This document shows positions 52,901 through 64,000 of a stretch of DNA of 64,000 nt, piece by piece. The stretch is taken from the NCBI GenBank assembly GCA_002269645.1, contig NIVC01000504.1, forward strand, positions 1 through 64,000, read 5' to 3'. The notes below the pieces were generated by a model that had not been told where the DNA came from, did not search any database, and saw nothing but the letters and a program-made list of their open reading frames with translations. Position 1 is the first letter of the stretch; each line of letters opens with the position of its first letter. This DNA comes from Macrostomum lignano. Its lineage: Eukaryota. A program made the position numbers and the translations under genes.

Positions 52901-53096
52901 GCAGCCTCCTGATGGCAAAGAGCCGCAGCACCGCATCATTATCCTGAGGTACGAAGGGCGGGCGATGCCTCGGATTGCGGACGGGTTTTCAGTCGGCCTG
53001 AAGGACTTCTACCTCAGGTGCGTAGACTATGACCCGATGAAGCGAGCGGACACCGCGGAGCTGCTGTGGCACAGCTTCCTGAGTGCCTCATCGTGA
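49982..53096 (+). CDS. Ankyrin-repeat plus Ser/Thr protein kinase (MAP3K/STE11-like) fusion, ~665 aa. Exons 49982-51105, 52079-52466, 52611-53096
   Basis: Ankyrin repeats ([20 protein letters not shown]). Donor GA|gtgagt at 51106 and acceptor tttcag|C at 52079 join in frame to [42 protein letters not shown] and DVWAFGC (1998 nt). Start codon is uncertain. Confidence 0.85.
51420..52000. repeat. 16-bp two-variant minisatellite (GCAGAAGTGCGGTGAC / GCAGAAGGGTGGTGAC) in the ankyrin-kinase intron
   Basis: Tandem units seen directly. Confidence 0.92.
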
Positions 53097-53619
53097 CTGC
53101 GAGAGCGATGGGCTGTGAGGGAACGGAGCAACTCTTGGTGCCACATAATGCTGTCTGTATAATTATTGAGTTTGGTGCCTTGCTGACACATACTACTGTT
53201 TGATACAGAATAAGCTAAATTTAGCAACATGCGGACAGAGCGATGTTTGCGCCAGTAAAAAGTCGGAGATTATTATAAACTGAGGCAATTGAGACAGACT
53301 AAAAGTACTAGAAGTAATAAAACTGTATCTCTTCGTGCGCCACGCGCGCGGCGAAAAACGATAAAGCCGCCCATAATTTGGGCCTACTACGACACAAAAT
53401 AGCTATATACAGTGTTCCTTGTCAAAAGTACATGAAAGAAGTAGTAAATTATACGACTATTGTCAGTTTGTATGGTTAAATTTCACAAGTTTGATGCCTT
53501 TGCTTACGGAACCCTTTTGTTGATCCGAATTCTCTTTGTGATTATCTAATTATGAATCTTTTCTCTAATCAACTGTCATTTTTCGTTTTATTTGATTGAT
53601 TAATTGTTTTTTCAAACTG

Positions 53620-55675
53620 GTGACGTGGTGCTGCCCCGCCGAGCTGCTGCCGCGCTGGCCCATACGCGGATCTTCTGGGTGGCGCCAGGGTCCGAGAGGC
53701 TCATCTACATCGAGCCCCAGCCTTACCACAGGGCCGTACCACGCTTCGGGTCGAGACGCTGAACTGCCGCACGCTCAAGGCCGCCTGGCGGTGAGGGGCT
53801 CTGGCAAAGCTAGCGCTCGACCTGAGCTGTGATGTCATCGCACTGCAGAAGGTGTGTATCAAGGCTGACCCGGAGCTTTACTGTGAGGATCTGGGCGCCG
53901 GATGGACCCTCTACTACACATCGGCGGACCAACGAGGCCGTGGAGGAGTTGGAGCGCTGGTCGGACCAAGGCTGCAGCAGAGCTGTCACTGCGTCTCCCT
54001 GTCCCCTCGGCTGCTTCGGGTCGACGTTCGGCTTCGAGGCTAGAACGCTCGCCTGTTCTGCGCGTATGCGCCCCCTGCCACCCGCCCTGATGAGGCTTAA
54101 GACTTTTTTGAGCAGCTCGATCTCGGTACGGGTCGAGGCAACTACGGCACAGCGTGTCACAGTGATCATCCTTGGAGACCTGAACGCGGTTTTGTGTAGG
54201 TCCGAGCGGTCACTGTTCGTCACACCGCGTGAGAACGGCACTGGAGCGCTGGAGGACTTCCTAGAGAGGCAGGACATAGTGTCGGCCAACACCCGCTTCC
54301 GCAAGCCGCTGGGCAGACTCGCAACTTTTGTGGGCTGCAAGCGCAGGCGGCGGAACGCGTGTGGCCGGAACGCAACACGGAGGCAGGCACAGCTCCATCA
54401 TGTGCTGGCGCGCTTCCGCGAGCGCCGCCGCGTCGTCAATGGCCGCGCCATCACGCCGCTTACTCTGCGGTCCGATCATCGACTTCTGATCGTCTGCGAC
54501 CTTCGTCTTCGCGAACCGTTCTACGTCCGCCGAAGCGGCCACCGCTGCGCTACTACCACGCGCTCAAGGACGCCAACACGCACAGCCGCTTTGCCAGCGC
54601 TTTCATCACTGCGCTCGGCGGCAAGCGTGGAGGTGCCGAGTACGCAGAGGTGTGCGCTGCAGTTCGAGCCGCCCCGGAGCAAGCAGTCCCGCTGATGCGA
54701 CCGGCCCAGCGGGGGCAGGCAGTATGGCAAGATGACCCCGCGATTCGGAATGCGAGGGAAGAGCTGGAGAGGCTCTGTTTGAGCAGGCGACCAACCCTCG
54801 TGGCAGAGGAGGCCTTGGCGGCTGTCTATCTGCAGCGCCAGCAGGCTGATGTTGATGACGCCATTCGGGCCGTCTCTGCTGCTAGGCCCGATGCCAGAGG
54901 CCGCGTGGCCTGGTACATTCCTACCAACGACGACGGCTTTCTGTTGCGGCGACGCGTGGGTCGATGTCAACCGGAGAGGCGGCTCAGCGTGCTTGGCTAC
55001 GCTGACGATCTCGCCCTGCTGTCCTCAACTGTCGAGGGCACCCTGGACAACTGGACAAGCTGGTTTGCTGTTGCGGCGAGTGTCGGCCTGGTGGTCAACA
55101 CGCAGAAGACCGTTGTGCTCTGTGTCCCGGACAACATGGAGGCTGCGATTTTGTGCCGAGGTGCTGATGGACAGGCGAAAGAGCTCCTGCGTTGTCAGCA
55201 GTTCGTCTACCTCGGCGGTCTGGTTCCCGGCGTCCGCGAGGATTCGCGGCGTCGCCGCGGGCTGCCTTTCGTTCTGAAGGTGCTCCAGAAGTCCGAGGCC
55301 TTACCTGACCGCCAGAGTGTGGCGTTGTTCCAGGCGATGATCGAGACCGTCCTGCTGTACAACGCCGAGACCTGGACGCTGACGGATTCGCTTGAGCAAC
55401 CAGTTGATGTCGTGCATGCTGGCCTGCTGCGCGCCGCCATCAAGATCGGCTACGAGCAAGTGACTAACGCGGCGGCTTTGTATCACCCCGCCGGCCTGAT
55501 CCGTCCAAGCGACATTCGTCGGCGACTTCAGCTAGCAGGCCACATCATCCCCGCGCCGCGCAGGCACCCTACCGGCAAGGGCAGGCGCGCACTCGGCGTT
55601 TCGTCGATTGCCTGCTGTCTGACGCCGGCGCCTTGGATTCGGCCGGCGGCGTGGCGTTCTTTCGTGACCTGGCCC
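53620..55675 (+). mobile_element. Decayed RTE-like LINE (APE endonuclease plus truncated RT) with frameshifts and an internal deletion
   Basis: DVIALQKV, IILGDLNA, SDHRLL, VLGYADDLALL, LVVNTQKT, FVYLGG, VLLYNAETWTLT, RRRLQLAGHII. Confidence 0.88.
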
Positions 55676-56228
55676 TGAGGCGTCGCCATGGATTTTTCTG
55701 GTGGGGGGGACAAAGCCGAGAATTCTACATGAATAAATTTACATGACTAAATTCCTGTATTTCCAAATCGGTGTTGTCATCGATCATTTTGGCGCCGCAT
55801 GCAGGCACTCATTTTAACTTCACAGGCACCATTTTAGCATCGCCGGCACTCATTTTGGTGCTGCAGGAAACATTTCACCGCTGTAGGCGCTTAGTTTGGT
55901 GCTGCAGGCGTGATGTGTTTGTTGCCTTGAAGCAAATTATTTGAAATTTATACAGCCTTTGGACTGTACAGTTTGTTTTGCTTAAATATATTGGTGTTGT
56001 GAATTAATTGGTTAATTGAATTTGCCCTGACGACGTCTTGTGTTAGACAAAACGCGTTGGCTAAAAAGAAAATTTTATTTTATGTTTTTGTTAACGTTTA
56101 TTTTCCTTCTTAGACGAGCTACACTTCAACAAATCGCTAGCGTTGGCAGGGCAAAAGCGTTGGCTATACTAGGGGGCCGGGGGGGGGGAATCACAAACCC
56201 CACTGTCCTCCCCGATGGCGATGCCCTG
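55676..56228. mobile_element. Possible MITE with imperfect terminal inverted repeats at the LINE 3' end
   Basis: TGAGGCGTCGCCAT at 55676 versus ATGGCGATGCCCTG ending 56228, both next to G-runs. No clear TSD. Confidence 0.45.
56024..56061 (+). ncRNA. Second minimal type I hammerhead-like motif (G12A variant)
   Basis: GCC-CTGACGA-C-GTCT tgtgtt AGAC-AAAA-CGCG-TT-GGC: CUGANGA core, stem II, palindrome ACGCGT and stem I GCC/GGC, but AAAA replaces GAAA. Confidence 0.5.
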
Positions 56229-57578
56229 GCGCCCTTTGACGCTGAAGGCGACCGTACATATTCTGATTCGGATTAGGCTAGCTTAGACTTTAGTCCGAAA
56301 CCTAGGATATTACCAAATTATTTAATGGATACTGCAATTCATAAATGGCAGGTCTGTGGCGCAGCCAGAAATTTATTTTGGGGGGGGGGGGGCTGTTCAC
56401 CCAAAGATACTAGAATAACTATAGAATACTAGTTATTCTCAGTATCTGTATTTCACCCTGGCTGCACTGATCTGAACTGATTTATTTGCAGTGAAATCGG
56501 CTTATATATAGATAGGGTTCTGGGGAGGTGCGTTTATAACTAAAAAATAATTATCGCAACATTTTGCTTAGTAAAACAAACTTAAAATTGTTTCTAATGT
56601 GGCAGGTGGCTGCCCCTTTTATTTAATTTGGTCTATTAAATTTTACATTAATCATTATTTTTAATAAAACTTTAAATCGGTTTACCTTTACGTGATCGTG
56701 TTGTCCCAACCCGGAATTGTTCTCCCACGCCGGGACGTTTTCCGTCACGCTCCCCGTCCCGTAATGGGACTGCTAATCTCCCTTTTGCGTATAATTGTTT
56801 CCAGCAGTTGCTTATTACCCCTAGTGCCATCTTTAGTTGCTGCAACATTGACGTTGTTGACAGCGCGCGCTTGGCATCAACGTTGACATAAAAATGTTGC
56901 TGAATTGTTGCAGTCGTTCTCAAAATCAGGAATTACGCGATAAAACAAGAAAAAAAATTTTCGACCCTGAACCAGCCTTTCATGCAAAACAAGCAACAGG
57001 GTAAACGTAGCTGTTGAAAGAAAAGTACTTTATTTATCATTCGAAACAGTGAAATTGGTACGGTTGTCAAAGCAACTGACTACTGAGTCATTTTATCAAT
57101 TTAATATTTCCATTTCTTCGATGTAACGCTAAGACGGTGTCATGTTTTGTGAAAAAATTCAATGGGAAAGAAACATCAGAAATAAACTATTTTGCACAGG
57201 AAGGAAGAAAAGAACATTAGAATTTGCTTCTTATTAAAGAATGACTGCTTAGTGATTTGTTCCTTGACTTAAACACAATCTTTCATCACTTAAACGCATC
57301 ACTGTTCTAGTTACTAGCAGTTGAATTGTACAAATATATTGCTAGTTTTTTAGGTGAAAGCAATGCATATGGCGTCTTTTGGCGTTTTTTTTGTGCCTTA
57401 TAATGTGATCTTTGTATTTGTGATGTTTTTATATGGATTAGTGCACCACAGTTGTTGCAATATTTTTTTATACAATTAATTGCTACTAAGACAGGCACAA
57501 GCCAATAAACGTTGGGACCACAGTTTTGCAACACTGGAATAAGATAATGACCAAAAAAAGGAGTAAAGTGGAGAACTG

Positions 57579-57940
57579 GGTGTCTTACAGGAGCATTTTT
57601 GTGCTTTTTTAAATACATTGCCTCTGAGCCCCACAATTAAGCAGAGCATCTGAAAAACATGCACTTTTGCATGTGTCAAAACGTTGGGACTGCCATCATG
57701 GGTCACTGAAAGAACTGATTGGGCCGAATTTTTTGGAGAGTGTTAGACTAGGTGTCTTATGGGAGCATTTTTTGCATTTTTAAATACATTGCCTCTGAGC
57801 CCCACAATTAAGTAAAACATCTGAAAAAACATGCACTTTTGCATATGTCAAACCATTGGGACTGCCATCATGGGTCACTGAAAGAACTGATTGGGCTGAA
57901 TTTTTTGGAGAATGTTTTACTAGGTGTTGTGTAGGAGCAT
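57579..57940. repeat. ~172-bp tandem duplication (about 2.1 copies) upstream of the transposase
   Basis: Units begin at ~57579, 57751 and 57923 (GGTGTCTTA...GAGCATTT...CCTCTGAGCCCCACAATTAAG...GGGTCACTGAAAGAACTGATTGGG). Confidence 0.85.
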
Positions 57941-58456
57941 TAATTTTTTAAAAGAAAATATTGCATATAAGCCACACAAAATATGTTAACAATTTAGAAA
58001 CCAGGCAATACATACAAACTGTAATTTATGAGTAAGGGATTCAGTAGCATTTTAAACTTGAAATTAAAATTGATGTTTTAAATTAGATATTAGATCTCAA
58101 TGACTGAAAGAATATGAATCAAGTGGCTTTATTTGTAGAAATTGGTCCATCAAAAAAAGTTTTGGCCATTTGGAAAATTTTACTTTGAAATGTACAGTTT
58201 CTTGCAAAAAATCCTGAATTTTGTGTCCCAATAAGCAAGTAGCTATTGGCATTATTTAAATGAAAGATACAGTTTAGACTCTATGCAGATTTAGCACAAA
58301 ATAGACTGCAAAATTTGGATATCATTTTTGAAGCTTTTCCACTAGGTCCTACTGGCAGTTGAGGCATCTAATAGTGACATTGCTGGGTTTGTTGCCCCTA
58401 GTAACATCTAAGTGATTCCCAATCACATGATTGTCCAAATTAGACTGCAGCTGTAA

Positions 58457-60619
58457 TTGCTTGAAATGACTGCAAAACACAAAAATTCCCACCATCTGTT
58501 TCAAGCAATGCCGTTCAAGCCGACTGAACGACAAAAGCGGCGTGAAAAGAGGAAAAAATATATTAAAACAAATTTTGGCTCCCACAGTAGCTACCTAGAG
58601 CACATGCGGCGGCAACAGCAGAAGTATAGGGACAAAGGCAATCGCAAGGACAAGGCAGGGTCCAGCACTTCGGCAGAGATCCCCCAGCGATCCTTGGCAA
58701 GATCGGCAGCGGCGTTCAAGCGGGAGAATGCCAAGCTAAAGGCCAGGGTGCACCTGCTTGAGACTGCTGCCAAGCAGCGCAAGACAAGCAAAACCTGCCT
58801 GCGAGTGAAACTTCACCGCGCGAATAAGGAATTGGCGGCAAAAAGTTGCCGGCTTCAGACTTTCACCAACATAGCTAGCCATGTGAAGAGAGCGCTGCAG
58901 TCAGTCAGACGGTTCAATAACACCCGGCGAGTAATCAAGGCTGCCTGTCTAAACGCCCACGAGGCAGGACGGAAGGCCGTCATGGCCTTCTTTGGCGCCT
59001 CCGCGAAGATCTTGAAGCAGCCGAGAGCGCCGAAGATAAATCTGCTTGTGAGCGTCGTCCAGGAGTACTTTTGCCAGGACGAAAACTCGCGGGCCACCTC
59101 CTCCCGGAAGGATTGCATCTCCAAGAGATTTGGCGAGGAGAAGGAGACAAAGCAGAAGCGTTATCTCCTGAGCTCAGTCTCCCTGCTCCATGCAAAGTTC
59201 CTTTGGGAGTATCCTGGTGTGAAGATCAGCCGGGCAACATTTAACCGCTGGAAGCCATGGTATGTCAAGAGGGCTCGTCTGTGTGACCGAGACATGTGTA
59301 TGTGCATAAAGTGCACTAACACGGAGTCCTTAATCAAAGGCATGCACATTGCTGGACTTCTTCACAGCCACCACATTACTAAAGTGTTGAATGAAATGGT
59401 CTGCGACATGGAATACGCTGACTGCCTGCTGCGCAAATGCGACGAGTGCCGTCGCAAGTCATTTGTAGTCACGGAGACAGCTGAGGCTGAGCCACAGGTT
59501 GTGTACCGCGTTTGGAAGCCTCGGACAGATGGACGCAGCGGCTTGGATGTGGTCAAAGAGACGGCATCATGCAAGACGGCTATCAGCATGCTGATGGTGC
59601 AACTAGTCGACTTTGCGGGCCACTTTATGCGGATGCGGAACCAGTATCGTGCAATCCGCCAGGTTAAGGATACTCTGCAGCCGGGACAGCTCCTGTTGCA
59701 CATAGACTTCTCCGAAAACTATACGGCGAAGTACCACAAAGAGGTACAGGCGGCGCACTTTGGCGACAAGGATCAGGTGGTGCTTCATCAAGGCGTGGCC
59801 TACATGGCTGGACATCAACCTTGCTCATTCGCAACGGTATCAGGAGAGAGGAGTAAGACGGCGGAGGCCATCGCCGCTCATCTACAACCAGTCCTTCGCC
59901 ACTTTAAGGAGAAGCACGATGTCGATAAGGACGCCTTTAGCCAACTGGACCAGATCGTCATCGTCTCTGATTCGCCATCCAGCCAGTATAGAAATCGCAA
60001 GATGGTTTTCTTATTCGACCGCCTGATGAAGATCATGAGGGTGTCAAGCTGGCGTTGGATCTACACAGAGGCCGGACACGGCAAGGGTGCTGCGGATGGA
60101 GTTGGAGCGGCTATCAAACGCCGCTGCGATGAAGTCGTGGCTAGCCGGCAGGACGTTGTAACACCTCAGGATGTTATGGAAGCCGTCAGATCGGGTAGCC
60201 CTCTGCACATACTCACATGGTTGGTTCAGCCAGAGGACATGAACTATTTCACAAGCATCATCACCTTCGTAGGTGAGGACCTCTGCGGCATGCCAGGCTC
60301 GAAGTCGATGCACGACGTCTCAAGGACTGATGGTGGGCCGATCACTTACCGTCAGCTGTCCTGCATGTGCCCTGGTACAGCAGTAGCCTGCCCATGCCAC
60401 GAGATGAAAGTGTGGGCGCCGCTGATGCTGCCGGAGGCGCCAGCTCCTGATACTGCAACGAGTGGACTCGGATGTGGGCGTGGAGGTGGACGTGGACGCC
60501 GAGGTGGACGAGGACGCGGAGGTGGACGCCGAGGTGGACGAGGACGCGGAGGTGGACGTGGACGTGCAAGTGGTGATGAAAAGGCGCTGCTCCCTTATGA
60601 CTTTTGCAACGAACCTTAG
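58457..60619 (+). CDS. Intact DDE/D-type DNA transposase, Sola-like (probably Sola2), with C-terminal RGG box, 720 aa
   Basis: Cys cluster CMCIKC...CLLRKCDEC, HIDFSENY, VSDSPSSQYRN, EAGHGKGAADGVGAAIKR and C-terminal SCMC...CPCH. The superfamily call is from recalled motifs, not a database search. Confidence 0.75.
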   Translation: MLEMTAKHKNSHHLFQAMPFKPTERQKRREKRKKYIKTNFGSHSSYLEHMRRQQQKYRDKGNRKDKAGSSTSAEIPQRSLARSAAAFKRENAKLKARVHLLETAAKQRKTSKTCLRVKLHRANKELAAKSCRLQTFTNIASHVKRALQSVRRFNNTRRVIKAACLNAHEAGRKAVMAFFGASAKILKQPRAPKINLLVSVVQEYFCQDENSRATSSRKDCISKRFGEEKETKQKRYLLSSVSLLHAKFLWEYPGVKISRATFNRWKPWYVKRARLCDRDMCMCIKCTNTESLIKGMHIAGLLHSHHITKVLNEMVCDMEYADCLLRKCDECRRKSFVVTETAEAEPQVVYRVWKPRTDGRSGLDVVKETASCKTAISMLMVQLVDFAGHFMRMRNQYRAIRQVKDTLQPGQLLLHIDFSENYTAKYHKEVQAAHFGDKDQVVLHQGVAYMAGHQPCSFATVSGERSKTAEAIAAHLQPVLRHFKEKHDVDKDAFSQLDQIVIVSDSPSSQYRNRKMVFLFDRLMKIMRVSSWRWIYTEAGHGKGAADGVGAAIKRRCDEVVASRQDVVTPQDVMEAVRSGSPLHILTWLVQPEDMNYFTSIITFVGEDLCGMPGSKSMHDVSRTDGGPITYRQLSCMCPGTAVACPCHEMKVWAPLMLPEAPAPDTATSGLGCGRGGGRGRRGGRGRGGGRRGGRGRGGGRGRASGDEKALLPYDFCNEP

Positions 60620-60731
60620 GTAGCTCATCTCAGCTCTCTAACTATCCTATATATCCTATATACTAAAAATGAAATCCTATCCTAATTGTACGTGCTATAT
60701 ACCATTAAAGTAGGGGTTGATTTGCTCACAT

Positions 60732-61686
60732 TTATATATTAAATAAAGTTAGGCGCAAGTAGTACAAGTAAGGTGAACCATTCGTATTTAAATCCGAATG
60801 CGGAACGAGGCCTCCATCGGCTGCGGCAGAGACAAGGGAGTATGGCCTCCTTGGAGTCGGCATCTCCAGCGGCGTTGAGGTGGGCGGTGCAGCAGGCTCC
60901 GCTGTTGCAGCAGGATGGACTGCGGCAGCGAGCTGTTGTATTAGCTGTTGGTTCTGCTGCATCTTCGCGGTCATCAATGCGTTGACATCGATGCCAGGAG
61001 TTGTCGGGGTGAGGGTGGCAGCAGTGACCGGCGCAGTAGGAGTAGCAGCCAGTTGTTGTGGGCCCCGGTCGGTCCCGGCGAGGTCGTAGCGGTCGTTAAA
61101 GTTGGGTGTCAAAGAGGCATCAGGACCAGTGGGGGCTCCAGAACTAGTGCCAGCGGTGGCAGCAACAGCGGTCGGAGTGGGCGGCATGGTATGCGCCAGA
61201 GCAGTAGTGGTTGCAGAAGTGGAGGTGGTGTCGCCGGCATCCATCGAACGCATAATAACCATGAATTATTTGAAGAGTTGTGAACGCTCTGCTACCAAAT
61301 TTGTCGCTTGGACAACAAACTAATGAGCAGTTAGTAGATGGAGTGTATTTCGTGGCAGTGGAAGCAAAAGGTAAAGCAGAAAGAAAGGAACATGGACGCG
61401 CCTGAGGGGAGCAAAGCTAAGAGAAACCTATAACGGAGAGGAGGTCTTGTACATAGATATAAAAGTGGTAAACGCAAAGGATGAGCTAGGTCACTATTGC
61501 TGGAATTGCTTGGCTAAACGGTAGGGATGAGGTCATAGACAATAAATAAGGTTAGCTGCAACGAAGTAATATGTTAAAGGGACTAAAAGTACATGAAAAC
61601 GTAAGTCGAAGGTGAAGGCCCAAAAGAGGCGAAGTATTGGAGGATTATAATCCGACACCCATGATGTCAAAACTCGGTCCATCACA
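60732..61686 (-). mobile_element. 5' remnant of LTR retrotransposon: LTR 61686-61302, PBS 61297-61286, gag-like ORF 61262-60732
   Basis: On the minus strand a 385-bp segment starts TGT and ends CA, followed after 4 nt by TGGTAGCAGAGC (complement of the animal initiator tRNA-Met 3' end) and a Q/A/T-rich ORF (MTAKMQQNQQLIQQLAAA). No second LTR and no pol seen. Confidence 0.65.
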
Positions 61687-63678
61687 TCCTGTTACATTTC
61701 TTTAAACTAGTGTTAAATACACACTATGTTTAAAATACTATCATTCTTCATGCACTATTTTTATTGATTCAGGGGCAGTCAAGTCCAAGCATGACTGTTT
61801 CGATAGCTTCATTATATAGTTCCTTCATGCCTACATATACAGATAAATGTTTTTTAATCTACCCATTTCATCAAATTGTTTTCAGTTGTTTTTGTCCTGC
61901 AGTAACGTTTGTAAATCCTTTTGGATTGTAATACTTTAGCATAAACCAGTCAGTATACATGTACTTTTTAAATTTCTTCTTGTTTAATAATATTGTATCC
62001 ATTCATAGCAGACTAGAGTATATAGCTGTTTGCAAGACTACATTTCTTGCAAGAATAAAAAATATAAGACAAGAAAATGTCTTATTTATAATAAATAATT
62101 ACATTTAGAGTCAAACATAGATAATTCTACAGAATATCAGGCTGCATTCATATGTACCATATATTAAGATGTCCAAACTCCAATATTCCATGCATATTTA
62201 CAATGCAACAAAGCTTTTTGCAATCATATTTCATTTCTGTGCTTGATTTGTTTTGTCTCTTCTTTCCAGTTTTTGCATCTTCTTGAACTTTTTGAGACTA
62301 TACACAATGCACACGAATTTTCTCAGCTCTTTATATGCCATGTGTGCTATATTTAAACTGCCTTTGTAATTTCATACTTACTATAAAGCTTCTCTATTAT
62401 ACACTCATGCTTTAATTTTTGCTGTAGATGTATAAATATATTCTTTTTCCGTCTGAAGCAGACTTCTGAGTTAAAATATGAGTACATATAGATCTTCCTA
62501 TGGATGTTTGAATCATCCAAAAGGATTATGTGATACATAAACTTTGCAATCATTCTTGTAACCACAGATATGAATTAGCGCCTAGCGGGATACTAAATTT
62601 CGCGCATAAATGCACATATCAGTCGTTCACGCTAAGAAATGTAGCTAACAATTTTCAGATAATGTTTTGAATTACTATATTTGCGTTATCCAACGCAATG
62701 CGCATTGTAATTAATTTGTAAATAGCTAGAAAATGTCACGAACAAAGCAATGTAATACTTGAGATAGTACCCTCAGGTTGCGCGACGCACAAATTGTTCA
62801 AAGTTAAACGAATGCGTATCATAGGTATACAGTCATATTATAACAAAATATGTTTATTTAAGGGTTCGGCGCTCCGTAAACAGAAAACTAATTAAATGAA
62901 ATTATTATCTATTTTAAAAGAATAAATTACTCTATAGAATTTGACGATGATATGCTGGTGTATTTCTAGTTTTCGTGCAATAAAATAATTCCGATAATAA
63001 TATTTAAACAAAGCGGCATTCCATGCTGTCCTGACATTTTGTTGTGGTTTACGACACAAAATACGTTTGTTGCATCTATAATTCGTTCTTAGGTAAAGAT
63101 TGAGTCACGAATTTTTAAAGAAAAAAAACGGAAGCATAAGCAGTGCCTGATTTTGAGAACGACCCAGGAACATTGATATAGAAAAAGATTTCAAATGTGT
63201 GAATTTCTGGCAATTGAATTATTGCAACTCGTTTAGATTCGGGAGCTCCTTAAATTAAAATTGTACGGAGTTATTCATTTATGTAATTCTAATTCAGAAG
63301 AATCTGTTTCTTTAATGTATACGTAAAGATTTGTTAAATGTAGCTGCTACAGTTTTTACTAACCAACTTGATTTAATTTCTACCGTCAGGCACATCGACA
63401 CGGATTTCTAGCTGCAAAAAAAATCGTTGCTATTTAGGCCTACTGTTTACCTAACTTTCTATTTGACTTTTTGTTTAGCTTTTTATTTGGTTTATTGCAT
63501 GTTTGCTTAGCTTTAAAGTTGGCATAAGTCGAAGGCCTAGAATACAAAAACGTAACTAAAATTAATTAGATAAAAATCTGTTGTTGCAAAGCTCTTCCTA
63601 CTACACTAGCCCTTGAATTTAAACTTAAAGAACATAAAAATATTATTGCCTAGGCCTTAGCCTGGCTACTATATTAAG

Positions 63679-63904
63679 TTGGGAATGCCAGTTTTTTTGT
63701 TTGCTCCTGGGATTACAACCATAGCTTTTTTTGTTTACTTGATTGTAACTTGCAAAACTACCCAAGAGATAGACAAAGATCAAGTTGAACCTGAAGTTGC
63801 AAATAATCAGGACCAGGCCCTTAGTGGTCTAGCATCTAATATTGTATTTTTGTCTGGGCCATCTGCTTCTGCACCTACTCTAAGTGAAGACACAGTTGTT
63901 GTAG
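63679..63904 (+). CDS. Possible internal exon of an unknown membrane protein
   Basis: Hydrophobic stretch followed by an acidic tail and a GTAAAT donor-like site at 63905. No family recognised. Confidence 0.2.
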
Positions 63905-64000
63905 GTAAATAATAATGTAATGAAACTCTGTTTCTAATATATATTTTTTATGCTTATCTAATATATAAAGTATTTTGATTATGTTATGCTTAGCCTTATT

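Larger units (their letters stand above)
56913..63163 (+). mobile_element. Putative autonomous DNA transposon bounded by an 18-bp inverted repeat
   Basis: GTCGTTCTCAAAATCAGG at 56913-56930 and its exact reverse complement at 63146-63163 bracket the transposase ORF. No TSD was found, so the boundaries are tentative. Confidence 0.5.

Overview
Eukaryotic (animal) genomic DNA with GT-AG introns, GC-rich exons and introns packed with minisatellites. The style resembles the flatworm Macrostomum, but this is inference and was not verified. Genes reconstructed by hand from splice sites and reading frame: a multiply frameshifted caspase-family remnant (~0.4-1.3 kb, +), ERO1 oxidoreductin (+), a 4-exon opine dehydrogenase (-), STIP1/Hop (-) with an apparent 16-nt deletion in exon 1, a 7-exon astacin metalloprotease (+), a divergent bestrophin (+), an intronless M1 aminopeptidase (+) and an ankyrin-repeat/Ser-Thr kinase fusion (+). 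Mobile DNA includes three decayed copies of one RTE-like LINE family, two copies of a tRNA-derived SINE, three or four MITE-like elements, two minimal hammerhead-ribozyme motifs of the Penelope type, an intact 720-aa Sola-like DNA transposase with an RGG tail, and a 5' LTR/PBS/gag-like remnant. About 20 distinct tandem-repeat arrays account for most of the long low-complexity ORFs in the ORF track. I found no CRISPR array, rRNA or intact tRNA. No single clearly novel system is proven; the most promising leads are the hammerhead motifs, the ankyrin-kinase fusion, the repeated in-frame splice donors in bestrophin and the transposase locus.
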